This document shows, piece by piece, positions 61,301-64,000 of a stretch of 64,000 bases of DNA (positions within the stretch are counted from its first letter, which is position 1; each line of letters opens with the position of its first letter). This stretch comes from Podarcis muralis. Lineage: Eukaryota. The notes below the pieces were generated by a model that saw only the letters and a program-made list of their open reading frames with translations, was not told the origin of the DNA and ran no database searches. A program made the position numbers and the translations under genes. The stretch covers positions 111,042,001 through 111,106,000 of the forward strand of contig NC_135656.1 of NCBI RefSeq assembly GCF_964188315.1, written 5' to 3'.

Positions 61301-63547
61301 GCTCTTGTTCTTCCAGAAACTGGTGCAATTGCTGGAAATCGGCCATGATTTCCTGCCTCTCCATGTCTGTCTGCTTCTGCAAGGAGAGAGTCATGGCCAG
61401 ACAAAGACGTTTAGATGTCCCCTTAATTCCATGTGCACAACCTGACTGGCAGGGCAGCTGATGTTTACTTCAACACTCACAAAGGTACAGAAGTTCAGTC
61501 ACAGCTGAGAGCAGCAGGCAGGCTAACTTAGCAGGACACGGCCTCTTTGCTTGCCTCTGTCCTCAATATTTTCCTGCTGCTCACCTACCGATCTATTAAG
61601 CTGCTGCTGCTCTCTATTCCCTGGCATCTTCAGCCTGCCTTGGCCACCTCACTCTGCCTAATAGTAGGGCCGTGAGGAAGTGACGAGAAGGAGGAAGACT
61701 GGCTTTCTGGGGTTCATTCTTAAAGGATTAATGCTGGCATGGCTGGCATTTTTGGACTCGAGGACTACATTCGCCCCTAGACAACCCAACCAGTTTTAGC
61801 CTATCCTGCTGAATGTTGTCTAAACTTGCAGGCAGCTGCTCTTCAAGCTCTGAAGCAGAGACCTTTCCCAACTCTACCACCCAATATCCATTTAATTGAT
61901 AATGCCAGTGATCAAACCTGGGACACTGTGCAAGCGAAGAATTAAGGCCTCACTCTGTCAAGTATAACCATCCTGGAGAGGCAAGAAGATTTGCACCTAC
62001 CAGCAGATTCTGGCTTTCGGTCTCCCCATTCAGTTGAGAAGACAGAATTTCTTCTCTCTTTTTGTTCAGGAACTCCAAATGCCACAGGATTTTACCCTGG
62101 GGTGGCCAAAAAGGCATTTGGGTTAGTTTTGGCAGCAAAGATATAAACTGTAACAGGCATGTCTGTTCAAGAAACCAAGAACATGAAAGTTGAAAAGAGT
62201 CTACGCGCAGCTTCTAGGAAACTTCCGTTCTCAACGTGGAATTAGATTCGGCCACCAGCCGAAGCTCCTGACAACCTTTCCACCAGGCAGACCTCCTAGA
62301 CCATTGTGGGGGGACTATCCGGAGCAAAAAATGGTGGGCATAACATCCGTTTCGCAACATAAATTCTGAGACTAGAGAAAAAGAGGAACTGCTGGGATCT
62401 GGGGAACATCAAATGCTTCCACAAGGCTGGCTCATACAGAGTCAGACCTCTGGTCTGTTTTCTATACCGACAGAAAGTTGCTTTGGGGCAAAGGCTGTCC
62501 CCAGCCCTACATAACAATGCTAAGGAATGAACCTGGGACCTTCTTCAGTCAAAGCAGAAGCTCTATTGTTGAGCTACGGCCCTCAGATCAGCCTTCCAGT
62601 GTTTCCCTGCCCTGGTAGTTCTCTGGGCTCCTGGGGCAGGAAAAGGTGGGAGATGGTTAAAATGAGCATTTTCCAAGTTCTCTTGGAACTTCTTGCGAAT
62701 GTTCCTGCTACTGAATGCTCAGTAGAAGATAGTGAGTCCTGCAGCTCCTAACTCGCTTCCGGCCTCTCCCCAGGCTGGAACATTCGCCAGCTCCAGTTCA
62801 CATCCTCCTCAAGTCTTTTTTGCCTGACAAAATGTTTCCCTGAACTCCACTAATGCTTCCTGCTTACTTAGATGGCGGACAGAGCGGCAATGAGAACGTT
62901 TGTAGGAACTAGCCTATTGCAAAAAGGTGAAATTTTCAAGTGTTGCTCTGTCCACTTTTGCCTCAGGCCCCAATAACCAGCAGCGTTTGGGACAAAAACA
63001 CCCACCCACATGCCCCGCCCGAATTTCGCAAAGAGAAAAATGCGGCTCTCAGGCTGAAATATTTCCCCCATCCCTAGGATAACTGAGCATCCCTTGGAAG
63101 CCTGGTCCCCATCCTACAGCTCCCTACCTGATACTCTTCAAAGGCCTCCTCCTTTGGGATCACTTTGTGCTTCCTGTGCTCCTTGGATTTGTCGCACACC
63201 ACACAGATGGGGGCTTGGTCGTCTTCGCAGAAGAGCTTCAGGGGCTCCTGGTGTCGCTCGCAAACCCTTCCCAGCGCTTCCGCCCCTTTGGCCATCTGAA
63301 GGCTGAATTTCTTGGCTATTTCCACAATGCTCGCTAGTTGCCGGATGGGCCTGACATTCCTTTGCTGACAAGGTTCCCTGCACTGAGGGCACAAAGCATC
63401 TTGGTCTGATTTCCCCCAAACCTCAGTGATGCAGCTTTGGCAGAAAATGTGGCCGCAGTCTATGATCACTGGATCTGTGAAATACTCCAGGCAGATGGGG
63501 CATGTCGTTTCCTCGCAGAGGTTCTGGACTGGACTCTCGTCTGCCAT
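55318..63547 (-). CDS. TRIM C: RING-Bbox2-coiled coil-atypical B30.2, 491 aa; exons 63547-63128, 62096-62001, 61376-61146, 60689-60667, 59029-58908, 58170-58138, 55868-55318
   Basis: Intact RING and B-box. Exons 420/96/231/23/122/33/551 sum to 1476 nt, open, with GT-AG sites. Confidence 0.85.
56480..56930 (+). mobile_element. L1 LINE 3' fragment (TRIM C last intron only)
   Basis: …RKFKDYLNKYC-like coding end plus T-rich UTR; absent at the equivalent place in B. Confidence 0.55.
58697..58868. other. Assembly gap (172 N)
   Basis: Run of N. Confidence 1.
60137..60361. mobile_element. Tc1/mariner-type MITE
   Basis: Paralogue of 46535-46760. Confidence 0.8.
60815..61057. mobile_element. pogo/Tigger-like MITE, specific to TRIM C
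   Basis: TIR CCGTATTTTT, TA TSD. The empty site GTAAA-TA-CTTCTATAG is present in B at about 47166-47180. Confidence 0.9.
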
Positions 63548-64000
63548 TTCGTCTGCCTGAAATGAGAATAAAAGCTTTAGTTTCGTTTCTCCAGTTTCAA
63601 GTCACAGGGTGGGCCGTTTCCTCCCTCTGGGTGACTCATAGTTTTTGCAAAGCAGCAGCATAGGAAATGCTGGCAGAAGCCAGAAGAAACTCTTACAGGG
63701 TGCAGCTTCACATCCGTACCATGAATTCAAAGTGCATGCATAGGCATAGAGAATCACACATATAATGGAAATATAATCTTCTCTTTTCCGTTTTAAACCT
63801 CTGTATTATATACCCCGATACATCTCCCTCTTCTAGCTTGGGGATGGCTGCGGGGGGGGGGGGGGGAATAATTCCCCCCCTTGATTTCCCCCCCAAAAAA
63901 CTAAGTGCGCCATATGGACCGGTGCGCCCTATGGGGCGAAAAATACAGTATCTTACCCCCTAACAGCCCCTTTTATGCAGTTTAGTTTCCTTCCTCACCC

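Noticed and set aside
62600-62800. Possible relic TRIM exon (…RKKFQENLE…) in TRIM C intron 1
   Set aside because: The resemblance is too short and is interrupted by stops.

Overview
Eukaryotic (squamate reptile) genomic DNA, probably a lacertid lizard, inferred from Sauria SINE, Bov-B, L1/L2/CR1 and Penelope content. It is an immune-type, duplication-rich locus. It holds a 3-exon GPI-type Ly6/uPAR gene (3272-7034, +) and three spliced RING-Bbox-coiled-coil-B30.2 TRIM genes: A 22485-32059 (+), B 42209-50902 (-) and C 55318-63547 (-). It also holds a family of intronless ORFs built from a ~100-aa repeat that I do not recognise: one intact, N-myristoylation-type 498-aa copy (10492-11988, -) and two damaged paralogues (19860-20299 +, 36916-37960 -) that were duplicated together with TRIM 3' flanks. 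TRIM A shares its 5' exons and introns with B and C but ends in a different B30.2 exon and has lost two B-box zinc ligands. B and C carry an atypical B30.2 with strongly diverged loops. The window opens with a 513-bp tandem Penelope-like repeat with a hammerhead-ribozyme-like motif in each copy. Exon structures were read by eye from GT/AG sites and reading phase. No database searches were run, so family names rest on motif recognition.
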